Counted from the stretch's first letter, positions 1-8,972 are shown. The stretch is 64,000 nucleotides of DNA from Candidatus Eiseniibacteriota bacterium (GCA_963702435.1 CAVPCR010000001.1:992001-1056000), one strand, 5' to 3'. Numbers and translations are program-made. The notes: generated by a model from the sequence alone, not told the origin.

Positions 1-321
1 GATGACCTGGATGCCCTTCGCAAAGAGGCGATCGAGGACAGCCTCGGTCATTGGATCGAGCTCGGCCATGACGTCCGGCTCGTAGTCGAACGAGAAGAGG
101 ACCTGGTCGCCGGGTTCGAGCGCCTCGATCTCGCGGTGGAAGGCCTCGACTTCCTTCGAGATGACGATCGGGAGCCGCACCGGGGCGATCATCGGGATGG
201 CCACCGCGAGCGCCATCGCGAGGTAGATCCAGCGGCGGTCGAGCGCGGCGAGGACGCCGAGCGGGCCGCGCGGCCCGGGCGCGGGGGCGGTGGCGGACGC
301 GGGTCCCTGCGTCTCGCTCAT
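1..321 (-). CDS. Conserved hypothetical membrane protein, third gene of the DUF6754 cluster (5' part only; runs off the window edge)
   Basis: Not in the ORF track. The ATG at 321 overlaps the stop of 318..980 (ATGA). It translates as MSETQGP...LDRRWIYLAMALAVAIPMIAPVRLPIVISKEVEAFHREIEALEPGDQVLFSFDYEPDVMAELDPM, stays open to position 1 and has high GC3. Confidence 0.8.
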   Translation of the reverse strand, partial: MSETQGPASATAPAPGPRGPLGVLAALDRRWIYLAMALAVAIPMIAPVRLPIVISKEVEAFHREIEALEPGDQVLFSFDYEPDVMAELDPMTEAVLDRLFAKGIQVI

Positions 322-980
322 GACCCGCCTCCGCCGGAGCGCGACTGTCCGAGGTAGGCGCGCTCGACGCCGAGGATGATGCGCAGCGAGGTCGAGATCA
401 TGCCGAGTCCGACCCCGATCAGGATTCCACGCTTGGCCGCCAGATTCGGAATGTCGAGGATCCAGCTCGCGAGCCCGGCCAGCGAGTAGCGCGCGCCCCC
501 CGCGTCGAAACCGAGGATGTCCCCTGCCGGCACGCGCCCGAGCATGACGATGCAACCGGCGACGAGCAGGAGGGTCGCGTGCGTCGAGCGGGCGCGGAAG
601 GCGCGGTAGGACGCGGAGGCGACGAAGAAGGCGAGCATCGAGAAGAGGGTCGCCTGCATCGGCGCCTGCACGCGCTCGAAGAGCCAGCGATAGGGACCGC
701 CCTCGATGCCGAAGAAGATCCCGGCGAGCACCGTGGCGACGCAGGAGACGAGCGCCACGCCGCTGAAGAAAGCGCCGTGATCGCGCCGCAGCAGCTTTCG
801 CCCGTGGAAGCGGAGCAGGCTGAAGACGCCGAGCGTGAGCGTGCAGCCGAAGACGATCTGCTTCCAGTCGAGGACCGTGTTGTAGCCCCGCACCATCCAC
901 GGGTGCGGGATGAAGTACTGGGCGAGCATGAAGACGCCGAAGACGATGGCGACGGCGATGGGCAGCGTGCGCTGGATCAT
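318..980 (-). CDS. Multi-pass membrane protein of unknown function (DUF6754 cluster)
   Basis: 220 aa with about 6 hydrophobic segments. Contains the motifs FSMLAFFVASASYRAFR and RGILIGVGLG...LRIILGVER. Confidence 0.85.
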   Translation of the reverse strand: MIQRTLPIAVAIVFGVFMLAQYFIPHPWMVRGYNTVLDWKQIVFGCTLTLGVFSLLRFHGRKLLRRDHGAFFSGVALVSCVATVLAGIFFGIEGGPYRWLFERVQAPMQATLFSMLAFFVASASYRAFRARSTHATLLLVAGCIVMLGRVPAGDILGFDAGGARYSLAGLASWILDIPNLAAKRGILIGVGLGMISTSLRIILGVERAYLGQSRSGGGGS

Positions 981-986
981 GGCGCG

Positions 987-1907
987 CTAGCCCCCCGCGC
1001 CGCTCGCCGCGGCCCAGAAGTCCATGTTCACGCCGAGGAACCCGGCGGCGACCCCGACCAGGATGAAGATGATGATGAGGAGCTTGGCCATGTCCTGCGC
1101 CTTCAGGCTCCCGAGGAGGAGCGGCTCGCGCGCGAGGTAGACCGAGGCGGCGTAGAGCTCCTCGCCGATCAGCGTGTAGTCGCAGGCGGTGATGAAGAAG
1201 GGGAGCTGCGCGTCCGAGTCGGTGCCCGCGATCTGGATCGCGCCGGTCGCCTGCCCGGTCTCGGCCATCACGAGCGACTCGGCGTAGAAGTGGCCGAGGA
1301 AGAAGTTGGCCGCCGGCCGCGTCCGCACCATGAAACCGGCGACCCCCGCCGCGTAGCCGAACTGGCTGTAGGTGACGTAGAAGACATCTTCCTCGCGGTA
1401 GAGATCGGGCCGCCCGGCACGGAGATAGCCGCTCCGCACGACGTCCTGCGCCACGCTCATCACGATCGGATCGCGATTCAGCACGCTCACGCGATGATCG
1501 TAGGAGGCGGCCTTCTCGGCGACCTGGCCGAGGATGTTGATCGCGGCGACGGTCGCCGGCTGATCCATCTCGTCGAGGCCGGGCGAGAAGAGGATGGGCC
1601 GGCCCATCTCGGTCGCGCGCCCGATCGCCTCGTCGATGGCGTCGAGGCCGGCGATGCGGCGGACGAAGAGGCTCCGGCCGCCGCGGGCGGCGAGGATGAA
1701 GCCGCCGACGAGACCGGCGAAGAGCACGAGCGGCACGAAGGTGGGGAGCCGCTCGGTCGCGAACCAGCGGCGGTCCCGAGCGGGGGCGGCGCCGGCCCCC
1801 GTCTCCTCGGCGCGCAGGCGCGGCGCCGCGGCGAGGAGCCAACAGGCGATGCAGCCGACGACAGCCAGCAGCAGAGCGCGGCGGCGAGATCCGGGCCGGG
1901 ACAGCAT
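987..1907 (-). CDS. DUF6754-family membrane protein
   Basis: Motifs RRIAGLDAIDEAIGRATEMGRP and QLPFFITACDYTLIGEELYAAS. Start placed at ATG 1907, which gives a signal-like N-terminus with TATAAT 6 nt upstream. Confidence 0.8.
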   Translation of the reverse strand: MLSRPGSRRRALLLAVVGCIACWLLAAAPRLRAEETGAGAAPARDRRWFATERLPTFVPLVLFAGLVGGFILAARGGRSLFVRRIAGLDAIDEAIGRATEMGRPILFSPGLDEMDQPATVAAINILGQVAEKAASYDHRVSVLNRDPIVMSVAQDVVRSGYLRAGRPDLYREEDVFYVTYSQFGYAAGVAGFMVRTRPAANFFLGHFYAESLVMAETGQATGAIQIAGTDSDAQLPFFITACDYTLIGEELYAASVYLAREPLLLGSLKAQDMAKLLIIIFILVGVAAGFLGVNMDFWAAASGAGG

Positions 1908-1913
1908 GGGCGG

Positions 1914-1919
1914 ATTATA
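1914..1919 (-). promoter_or_regulatory. -10 element TATAAT of a probable leaderless promoter
   Basis: Perfect TATAAT on the minus strand, 6 nt before ATG 1907, with no Shine-Dalgarno sequence. Confidence 0.6.
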
Positions 1920-1939
1920 GGGGCGCTGCATCCGCCGAG

Positions 1940-3157
1940 CTAGAAGAAGTCCGGGGTGGCCGCGGCCGGGCCGGCGAACACCGACGAGAGCGCGACGAGG
2001 GGCTCCTCGCTCGCCGCGGCGAGCTGCCCCACGATGCGCAGATCCCACGGGGTCGCCTGCCCGGAGTAGAGCGCGGCGAGACCGCGCACGTCCACGCGCA
2101 CGTCACCGCGCCCGCCTGCCTCGACGTGGCCACGGCCGTTCGCGACCGCGAGCACGAGCTTCCCCACGTTCCCGGGCAGGATGTCGTCGGCGACGTCGAG
2201 ATGCACCTGGGCAGCGAGGCCGGCGGGGTAGCCGCGACCCTCGAGAGCGGCGCGCACGTGCACGAGGCGAAGCATCCAGTGGTCGAAGAGCTTCACCGTG
2301 TGCCCCCGCTCCGGGAGGAGGCGAAGGAACGGGTCGCAGGGCAAGCCGTAGTAGACAGCGACATCCGCCATCGAGCGATGATCGACGAGGAAGGTGAGGA
2401 GGCGGAGCCCCGCCGCGGGCGTGGTCGCGACGAGATCGGAGATCTCGAGCGCATACGCCGCCTCTTCGCTCTCCTCGCGCTTGTAGTAGATGTAGCCCTC
2501 GGCCGCGCCGGTCGCCGGGTTCACGGCGAGATAGCCCTCCCCCGGCTCGAAGCGCGGAGCCCGCGCCCTGGCCCCGATGAAGCCGCTCCGATCGATGTAG
2601 CCGTTGCGCGACGTCGCGACCTCGCGGTAGAGCGCCTCCACCGTGGCGACGGCCGCCGGATCACCCTCTCCGATCGCGCGGATCTCGTGGCCGCGCTCGC
2701 GGAGATGGAGGCGGCGGAGCGGGAGCTCGATCTGGTAGCGGCTCCCCGCGAGCTCGTAACCGACGCGCCGGTAGAGCGGCCAGGTGGCGGGATAGAGCAC
2801 CGAGAGCGCGGTGCCGGCGGCGTGCATCTCCTCGAGGCTCGCCCGCATGAGCGCGGTGGCGCCGCCGCGGCTTCGCACGTCGGGCGCCACCCCGACGACC
2901 GCGATGCCGGTCATCGGCACGCTTCGCCCGCCGTAGAACTGGGCCATCGGGAGCTGGGCGAGCCCGCCGGCGACGCGGCCGCCGGCGTGGAGCACGCGGA
3001 AGTGCTCGCGGCCGAGCCGCTCGCAGTACTTATCTGCGTACGCCCGTGGAAAGTTGAAGACCCGGGAGAGGATGTCGAAGAGCGCGGCGAGCTCGGCGTC
3101 GTTCCGGGCCGGGCCGATCGCGGGCGCCGGGTCGTGCGGCGGCGTGGTCATCGTCAT
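1940..3157 (-). CDS. Eis-like GNAT acetyltransferase with C-terminal SCP2-like domain
   Basis: 405 aa. Motifs GIAVVGVAPDVRSRGGA, LYPATWPLYRRVGYE and WMLRLVHVRAALEGRGYP, with a ...PDFF C-terminus typical of the Eis family. Confidence 0.85.
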   Translation of the reverse strand: MTMTTPPHDPAPAIGPARNDAELAALFDILSRVFNFPRAYADKYCERLGREHFRVLHAGGRVAGGLAQLPMAQFYGGRSVPMTGIAVVGVAPDVRSRGGATALMRASLEEMHAAGTALSVLYPATWPLYRRVGYELAGSRYQIELPLRRLHLRERGHEIRAIGEGDPAAVATVEALYREVATSRNGYIDRSGFIGARARAPRFEPGEGYLAVNPATGAAEGYIYYKREESEEAAYALEISDLVATTPAAGLRLLTFLVDHRSMADVAVYYGLPCDPFLRLLPERGHTVKLFDHWMLRLVHVRAALEGRGYPAGLAAQVHLDVADDILPGNVGKLVLAVANGRGHVEAGGRGDVRVDVRGLAALYSGQATPWDLRIVGQLAAASEEPLVALSSVFAGPAAATPDFF

Positions 3158-3241
3158 CGCGAACCTCCGCCGCCACTATAACCCAATATCAGTACGGGAG
3201 TCGCGCCGGCGCGCGGAGCGCGAGGCGGGCGCGCGACGCGT

Positions 3242-3418
3242 GCTGCCCTCGCCGGCGAGTTTCGCCGGCCGGCGCGCCGGACGGTGTGAGCACCCAGCGT
3301 GTCGGCCGGCGAGTGTTTGAGCCGGCGAGGGCAGCCGCGGAGCGGCGACCGCCTTCGCGGAGCAGCGCCCCCGAGCGGCCGGGCCGCGGAGCAGCGACCG
3401 CCTTCGCTCAGCAGCGCC
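3242..3418. repeat. Intergenic REP-like cluster: 15-bp inverted repeat plus 36-bp direct repeat pair
   Basis: gctgccctcgccggc (3242-3256) is the reverse complement of 3321-3335. The segments 3334-3369 and 3383-3418 match at 33 of 36 nt. Confidence 0.6.
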
Positions 3419-3428
3419 GGCCCCCGCC

Positions 3429-6284
3429 CTACCTCACGAGCACCAGGCGGCCGGTCGCCACCTTTCCGTTCGCTTCGACCCGGCAGATGTAGACGCCGCT
3501 CGGCGCGAGCCGCCCCGCACCGTCCCGCCCGTCCCAGAGGACGGACATGGTCCCCGCCGCCGCGTTCTGCTCCTCGAAGCGGCGCACGACGCGCCCGCTC
3601 ACGTCGATCACGTCGACGCGCACAGGACCGGCCGCCGCCGCGAGCGAGACGCGGATCGCGGTCGCATCGCGGAACGGATTCGGGATCGCCGGCTCGAGCC
3701 GCACGACGTCCGCCGGCGGCGCGCCGGGCGCCATCACGATGTCGATGCCGGAGAGCGGCGACGCGGTGACCTCGACCGGCTCGCCCGGGGTGCCGGGGGC
3801 CCCATGCGAGTGATACGCGTCGCCCATCCCGGGCCGCGTCGCGCGCACGTGGTAGATACCGGGCTCGAGCCCGCCGATCACGTAGCGCCCGCTGGCGCCC
3901 GTGGTCGTGAAGCCGGGCGAGCCGCCCGCGGCCGGCTCGGCGTACACCCAGGCCTGCGCGATGCCCTCGCCCTCCGCATCGACCACGCGACCGGAGAGGA
4001 TCCCCGGGCCCGACCCGAGGAGGTCGAGCGCGAAGTCGATGCCGGACACGGGCCCGCTCACCGCAACGGGAGTCGCCTCCTCCCAGCTCAGGGCGCCGTC
4101 GTAGAACTCGCCCACCCGCCCCGGCGCCGCGGCGAGAACGTAGTAGTCGCCGGGGGCGAGGGACGGAATCCAGTAGAAGCCGGTCGAGTCGGCCACACCG
4201 AACCCGGCTTGCCCGGCCAGCGACATGGCGACGATGACCGCGCCCGCGATCGGATCGCCGCTCTCCGCGGCGACCACCCGCCCGCCGATCGCGCCGTCGA
4301 GCGGCGCCATGCGCGCGAGCGTGAAGTCGATGCCGCTCGTCGTCCCGGGTGCGACGACCTGGACCGGGGTCGCCGCTTCCGGCGACTGCGCATCGCGGTA
4401 GAACTCGGGCTCGCACCCCTGCTCCCACGCCGACGCGAAGACGATGTGCTCCCCGCTCGGGACGCCCTCGATCAGGTAGGCACCGTTCTCGTCGGTCGGC
4501 GCGCCGAGCGGGCCGCGGATCGGACCACCGGGCTGGCCGTCGGGGTAGGTCGGACCATCCGGATCGCCGGTCGACCCATCCGGGTTGCCGCCCGGATAGC
4601 CGGGATAGCACGGGTACCCCATCCCCGGCAGGTACACCTCGACCCAAGCGCGCGCGATGGGCGCGCCGGTCTCCTGGTCGCGGACGACGCCCGCGATCGC
4701 ACCGCCCCGCTCGAGCGCGATGTCGATGCCGATGGCCGTCTCCGGCGCGACGACGGCGACCGGGGTCGCGTTCCGCGGATCCTGCCCGCCGCCGAAGAAG
4801 GTCGGCAGATAGCCCGGGGCCTCGGCGACGACGAAGTACTCGCCGGTCGGCAAGCCGGAGATCACGTAGCGGCCGGTGGAATCGGCCATCGCATCACCGC
4901 CACGGATCCCGCCGCACATCGGATAGGGCGGATCCGGCACCATCGTCGAATCGCCGCGCACCGGGTAGGCCCACACCCAGGCGCCTAGCACCGGCGCTTG
5001 ATCGGCCGTCACGGTGCCCGCGATGGCGCCGCCGCGGCCGAGCGTGAAGTCGATGCCGAGGACCTCGCCCTCGGCCGGCACGGTGACCGGATCGGCCTCG
5101 TCGTAGCAGCGCGCGTCGAGGTAGAACTCGCCGAGATAGCCCTCGGCCCAGGCGTGCACAAGGTAGTCGCCGGGCGGCAGGCCGCAGATCCGGTAGGTGC
5201 CGTCGGGCTCGGTCACGGCGACACCGCGATCGGGATAGCCGGGCTCGGGATAGACGATGCCGCCGCCACCGCCATCCGGATCGCCGGGCTCGCCCATCGG
5301 CGGATCGCCGGGCTCGCCCATCGGTGGATCGCCGGGCTGCGGCGGTGGGAGCGGTTCAGGGATCGGCCCCGGCCACTCGCCGCCGATCGTGACCATCGCG
5401 CCGGCGATCGGCTCGCCCGTATCGGCCGCGACGACGCGGCCGAGGATGCAACCGCCCCGCCCGAGCGCGAAATCGACGCTCCAGACGGTGGCGGGCGGCA
5501 CCACGGTCACCGGAGTGGCGTCCTCGATATTCTGCGCGTCGTCGTAGAATTCTCCGATGTGCTCGTCGGCATCGGTGCGCACGAAGTAATCGCCGGCGAC
5601 GAGGCCCGCGATCAGGTACGTGCCGTCGGGGCCGGTCGTCGCGAAGCCACCCCAGTACTCCGGGGGGTAGCCGGGGTCGCCCCCGTGCGGGGGCTCGCTC
5701 GGGTCGCCGCCGTGCGGCGGCTCGCCCGGCGGCGGGTCGCCGGGAGGAACGATCGTCGAGTCGCGAAAGGCGGGCCATGCCTGGACCATCGCTCCCGCGA
5801 TCGGCTCGCCGCTCCGCGCATCGGTCACGCGGCCGGCGATCGCGCCGGCCGGACCGAGGCGGAAATCGATGCCGTCGACCACGCGGCCCCCGTCGACCTC
5901 GACGCAGGTGGCCTGCCACGGATCGGGCACGCCCGGATAGAAGAGACCGAGGTGTTCCGCTGCGCCGGCATGCACGAGGTAGCAACCGGGGTACACGAGC
6001 TCGAGATCGTAGCGGCCTTCCGCATCGGTCCTCGTCGCGACGAGTCCGGAGTCGGGCGGCATCGGGGGCATGGGCGGCATCTCGGGTCCGCCGTAGCCCG
6101 CGGCCACGCGCGCGCCGGCGATCGGCGCACCCGACTCATCCGTGACGAGGCCGCGGATGTGCCCGCCGAGGGGGATCTGCGCAGATGAAGAAACGGCGGT
6201 CAGGAGGACCGCCAGCGCCAGGAGAGGGAAAAGAAAGAACCTGGATGCGAAGGAGGGCTTCATCGTCGTGATCCTCGGGAACAT
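3429..6284 (-). CDS. Secreted protein with carboxypeptidase-regulatory-like (CnaB/prealbumin-like) repeats and a C-terminal FlgD-Ig-like domain
   Basis: Signal peptide, about 6 repeats of the form G.I.G.V....G.PI.GA.V ... G.Y.I.GL..G.Y.V ... GIDF.L, and Pro-rich inserts. Ends with PNPF...DVSGRVVR...WDGRD.AG..APSGVY. Confidence 0.85.
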   Translation of the reverse strand: MFPRITTMKPSFASRFFLFPLLALAVLLTAVSSSAQIPLGGHIRGLVTDESGAPIAGARVAAGYGGPEMPPMPPMPPDSGLVATRTDAEGRYDLELVYPGCYLVHAGAAEHLGLFYPGVPDPWQATCVEVDGGRVVDGIDFRLGPAGAIAGRVTDARSGEPIAGAMVQAWPAFRDSTIVPPGDPPPGEPPHGGDPSEPPHGGDPGYPPEYWGGFATTGPDGTYLIAGLVAGDYFVRTDADEHIGEFYDDAQNIEDATPVTVVPPATVWSVDFALGRGGCILGRVVAADTGEPIAGAMVTIGGEWPGPIPEPLPPPQPGDPPMGEPGDPPMGEPGDPDGGGGGIVYPEPGYPDRGVAVTEPDGTYRICGLPPGDYLVHAWAEGYLGEFYLDARCYDEADPVTVPAEGEVLGIDFTLGRGGAIAGTVTADQAPVLGAWVWAYPVRGDSTMVPDPPYPMCGGIRGGDAMADSTGRYVISGLPTGEYFVVAEAPGYLPTFFGGGQDPRNATPVAVVAPETAIGIDIALERGGAIAGVVRDQETGAPIARAWVEVYLPGMGYPCYPGYPGGNPDGSTGDPDGPTYPDGQPGGPIRGPLGAPTDENGAYLIEGVPSGEHIVFASAWEQGCEPEFYRDAQSPEAATPVQVVAPGTTSGIDFTLARMAPLDGAIGGRVVAAESGDPIAGAVIVAMSLAGQAGFGVADSTGFYWIPSLAPGDYYVLAAAPGRVGEFYDGALSWEEATPVAVSGPVSGIDFALDLLGSGPGILSGRVVDAEGEGIAQAWVYAEPAAGGSPGFTTTGASGRYVIGGLEPGIYHVRATRPGMGDAYHSHGAPGTPGEPVEVTASPLSGIDIVMAPGAPPADVVRLEPAIPNPFRDATAIRVSLAAAAGPVRVDVIDVSGRVVRRFEEQNAAAGTMSVLWDGRDGAGRLAPSGVYICRVEANGKVATGRLVLVR
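5278..5338 (-). repeat. 24-bp in-frame tandem repeat (about 2.5 copies; PPMGEPGD)
   Basis: ggatcgccgggctcgcccatcgg(c/t) repeated from 5278. Confidence 0.85.
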
Positions 6285-6618
6285 GGCCTCGTGGGCGAGG
6301 ACTCATCCGAGTATACGCTGGGCGGGACAGCGCAGAGCGCCCGCGATGGGCGCGCGGTCGGAAACCTGGGCGCTCGCCCTCTAGTAACGGAATCGGCCGC
6401 CCGGATCCCCTCCGGAAGCACTTTCTGGGTCGCTGCCGGCCTCGCCAGAAATCTACCATCGCCGCCCAGGCTGACTTTTTGTCACATCGCGGTGCGCCTG
6501 GGGTCATCGAGCCGACGACCCTGCGCGATACAGACAGAGTGTCAATATGTCAGGCGCCCGACCCCCATTCTCGCCCGCATGTCCGAAACGGGGTGGGCAG
6601 CTTCTGGCCGGTCACCTC

Positions 6619-6631
6619 TAAGTCGTTGAAA
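6619..6631 (-). promoter_or_regulatory. Putative IHF-binding site
   Basis: Reverse strand reads TTTCAACGACTTA, one mismatch from the WATCAANNNNTTR consensus. It is next to an AT-rich tract (aaaaatatatatatt) and about 30 bp upstream of a sigma-54 motif. Confidence 0.55.
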
Positions 6632-6658
6632 AATATATATATTGTCTACCATGCCGGA

Positions 6659-6674
6659 TGGCCCGGTGGTTGCC
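6659..6674 (+). promoter_or_regulatory. Putative sigma-54 (RpoN) -24/-12 promoter of the cytochrome operon
   Basis: TGGCCCG-GTGG-TTGCC, with exact GG-N10-GC spacing and one mismatch in the -24 heptamer against TGGCACG-N4-TTGC. Confidence 0.7.
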
Positions 6675-6747
6675 TATGCGCAAGTTAGACGCTCGGTTCG
6701 CCTTTGCAGGCTGGCATCTCCCCCGCCCACCTGCGTAAGGACGAGCT

Positions 6748-7824
6748 GTGCAGCGCTGGACTTGCAGGAGTTACGCAGACTTGGGCCACCGCGCGTCGGC
6801 CAGCTTCATACTCCCCCCGCTGGGAGCCCTCCTCGCCGCTACCCTCTTCTTCACGGCGCCGGCTCAGGCCGCGCTCGACGAGGGTGTGCCGGCGGCAACC
6901 GCCATCCGCGGGGTGGATGCGATCCTCTATGGCCCCTCCGCCCTCGATGTCTTCCGGCACCCGCGGAACATCGTCGCGGACCCGGCGCGCGGGATCTTCC
7001 TCATCGCCGACACCGGCAACCAGCGCCTGGTGACCTTCGACCGCCGCGGTCGGTCCCGGGGGTCGGTCCAGTACGACCCGTCGCTCAGGGCCATGGCGCG
7101 GCAGATCGTCGAGCCCGCCTCCCTCGCCTTCGACAGGCAGGGCCGCATCTTCCTCGTGGATGCGATGGCGAAGGACATCGAGGTCCTGAGCCCGACCGGA
7201 ACCCATATCGGCTATCTCACGCCGCCGCTGCCGGCCGATCTCGAAGGCCAAGCGCGCCCGACAGCCATCGCCATCGGCGCCAGCGGGCGCATCTACCTCC
7301 TCTGCGCCGGCCAGCGCTCGGGCATCCTCGTGCTCGATGCCGCCGGCCATCTCGAGGGGCAGATCGGATTCCCGGAGACGGCAGCGGGCTCCTGGGTGAG
7401 CCCGGTCGCCATGGCCGTCAACCCGGAAGAAACAGAAATCGCGGTCATCGACCCGCAAGCCGCTCGCCAGATCGTCGTCCGCAGCATGGACGGCACCGAG
7501 CTCGCCGCCTTCGGCGAGCACGGCGAGGGCGACGGGACCTTCTCGATGGCCGTCCACGCCGTCTGGGGCCCGGAGGGCAACCTCTGGGTCACCGACACCA
7601 TCCGGCACTCGATCAGCATCTTCGATCGCCGCGGTGAATACCGGGGACGCATCGGGGGCTTCGGTTCCGGACCCGGTCAGTTCAAGTACCCGGCCGCATG
7701 CGCGTTTCTGGCCCCAGACCAACTGGTGGTGCTGGAGCGGGGCGATTCCCGCTGCCAGGTCATCCGGTTGGACATCGAAGGCCTTCCGCCGGACCAAGGG
7801 GAAGCGGCGTCAGCCGAGCCCTGA
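6748..7824 (+). CDS. NHL-repeat six-bladed beta-propeller protein, exported
   Basis: NHL-like blades (IADTGNQRL, LWVTDTIRHSI, GGFGSGPGQFKYP) and a signal peptide ending AQA. The true start may be TTG 6781, which follows AGGAG. Confidence 0.85.
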   Translation: MQRWTCRSYADLGHRASASFILPPLGALLAATLFFTAPAQAALDEGVPAATAIRGVDAILYGPSALDVFRHPRNIVADPARGIFLIADTGNQRLVTFDRRGRSRGSVQYDPSLRAMARQIVEPASLAFDRQGRIFLVDAMAKDIEVLSPTGTHIGYLTPPLPADLEGQARPTAIAIGASGRIYLLCAGQRSGILVLDAAGHLEGQIGFPETAAGSWVSPVAMAVNPEETEIAVIDPQAARQIVVRSMDGTELAAFGEHGEGDGTFSMAVHAVWGPEGNLWVTDTIRHSISIFDRRGEYRGRIGGFGSGPGQFKYPAACAFLAPDQLVVLERGDSRCQVIRLDIEGLPPDQGEAASAEP

Positions 7825-7857
7825 GGGATGGTGGGTCTCACCAACCGGAGGTGAATC

Positions 7858-8958
7858 GTGAGTAAGAGAATGCTCGCCTCGATGGGAGTCGCCCTGGGCA
7901 TGGTGGCGATGGCCTCCTTCGCCCTCGCGGGGGACTACCACTTCGGGCAGGACCTGGTCTGCTCGGACTGCCATGTGATGCACTACAGCCAGTCGCACGG
8001 CTACAACCCGAACGGCTCCGGCAACGTCTCCCCGCTCGGCGCCGGCGGCCCGTTCCACTACCTGCTCCGGAACGACATCAACGACCTCTGCCTCGGCTGT
8101 CATGACGGCCAGGCGTTCGCCCCGGACGTGTTCGAGGTGCACTCGAACGGCTACGTCCGCCAGGCGGGCGCGCTGAACGAGTTGGGCGGGAATGGGCTCT
8201 ATCCGGGCGCGACCGGCCACACGCTCAACTACACGGGCACCGTGCCGAGCGGCACGTGGTCGAATCCGGACGGTCTCAACTGCACCAACTGTCACGCTCC
8301 GCACGGGCGCACCAAGGGCAACCTCGGCGCCTTCGCGGCGCAGGGCGGGTACCGGAACCTGTTCATCGACGACCCGCTGTTCCTCAACAGCATCACCTAC
8401 ACCCGCGGTGACGTGGAAGGCCCGAACCCGGGCGGCGCCAACGCGGCGTGGGTGCACGAGGACGGGTCGGCGGGCGCGGTCGGCACGCACTACGGGCGCA
8501 ACGCCATCACGTTCAACGAGCCGGTCCAGACCGACTCGCGCTATGCCGAGTTCTGCAAGACCTGCCACACGTCGTTCCACGGCGCGGTGGGCGGTCCCGA
8601 GGTCGGCGGCACGGGCAGCCCGGCCGTCGAGTTCGTGCGGCACCCGAACGCGGGCGTCAACATCGGCGCCGTCGCCGGCGGCCACTCGAACCTGCCCCGG
8701 TTCATCCAGGAAGGCGCGAACCAGCTCCAGGTCATGTCCTTCGCCGGCAAGAAGGCGGGGACCTACACCGCGACCGACACCGACCTGACCCCGTCCTGCT
8801 TCTCGTGCCACAAGGCCCATGGCAATCAGAACGCCTTCGGTCTGATCTACATGCTCGGCACCGGCACGATCACCGAGCAGGGCGACAACGGCATCGACAT
8901 GCGGAACACCTGCCGCGCCTGCCACACGCAGGGCGGCGCCAACACGAACCCGTGGTAA
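7858..8958 (+). CDS. OmcS-like hexaheme c-type cytochrome (candidate nanowire subunit)
   Basis: Sec signal ending ALA. Six CxxCH motifs (CSDCH, CLGCH, CTNCH, CKTCH, CFSCH, CRACH) in OmcS-like contexts: H-x6-CxxCHxMH, GHTL, CHAPHG, GGYRNL, EFCKTCHTSFH, RHP, CHKAH. Strong GGAGGT RBS. Confidence 0.85.
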   Translation: MSKRMLASMGVALGMVAMASFALAGDYHFGQDLVCSDCHVMHYSQSHGYNPNGSGNVSPLGAGGPFHYLLRNDINDLCLGCHDGQAFAPDVFEVHSNGYVRQAGALNELGGNGLYPGATGHTLNYTGTVPSGTWSNPDGLNCTNCHAPHGRTKGNLGAFAAQGGYRNLFIDDPLFLNSITYTRGDVEGPNPGGANAAWVHEDGSAGAVGTHYGRNAITFNEPVQTDSRYAEFCKTCHTSFHGAVGGPEVGGTGSPAVEFVRHPNAGVNIGAVAGGHSNLPRFIQEGANQLQVMSFAGKKAGTYTATDTDLTPSCFSCHKAHGNQNAFGLIYMLGTGTITEQGDNGIDMRNTCRACHTQGGANTNPW

Positions 8959-8972
8959 TCTAGTCAGACTGC

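Noticed and set aside
3334..3418. 36-bp direct repeats as a possible CRISPR array
   Set aside because: There are only two copies with a 13-nt spacer, and no cas genes are in the window.
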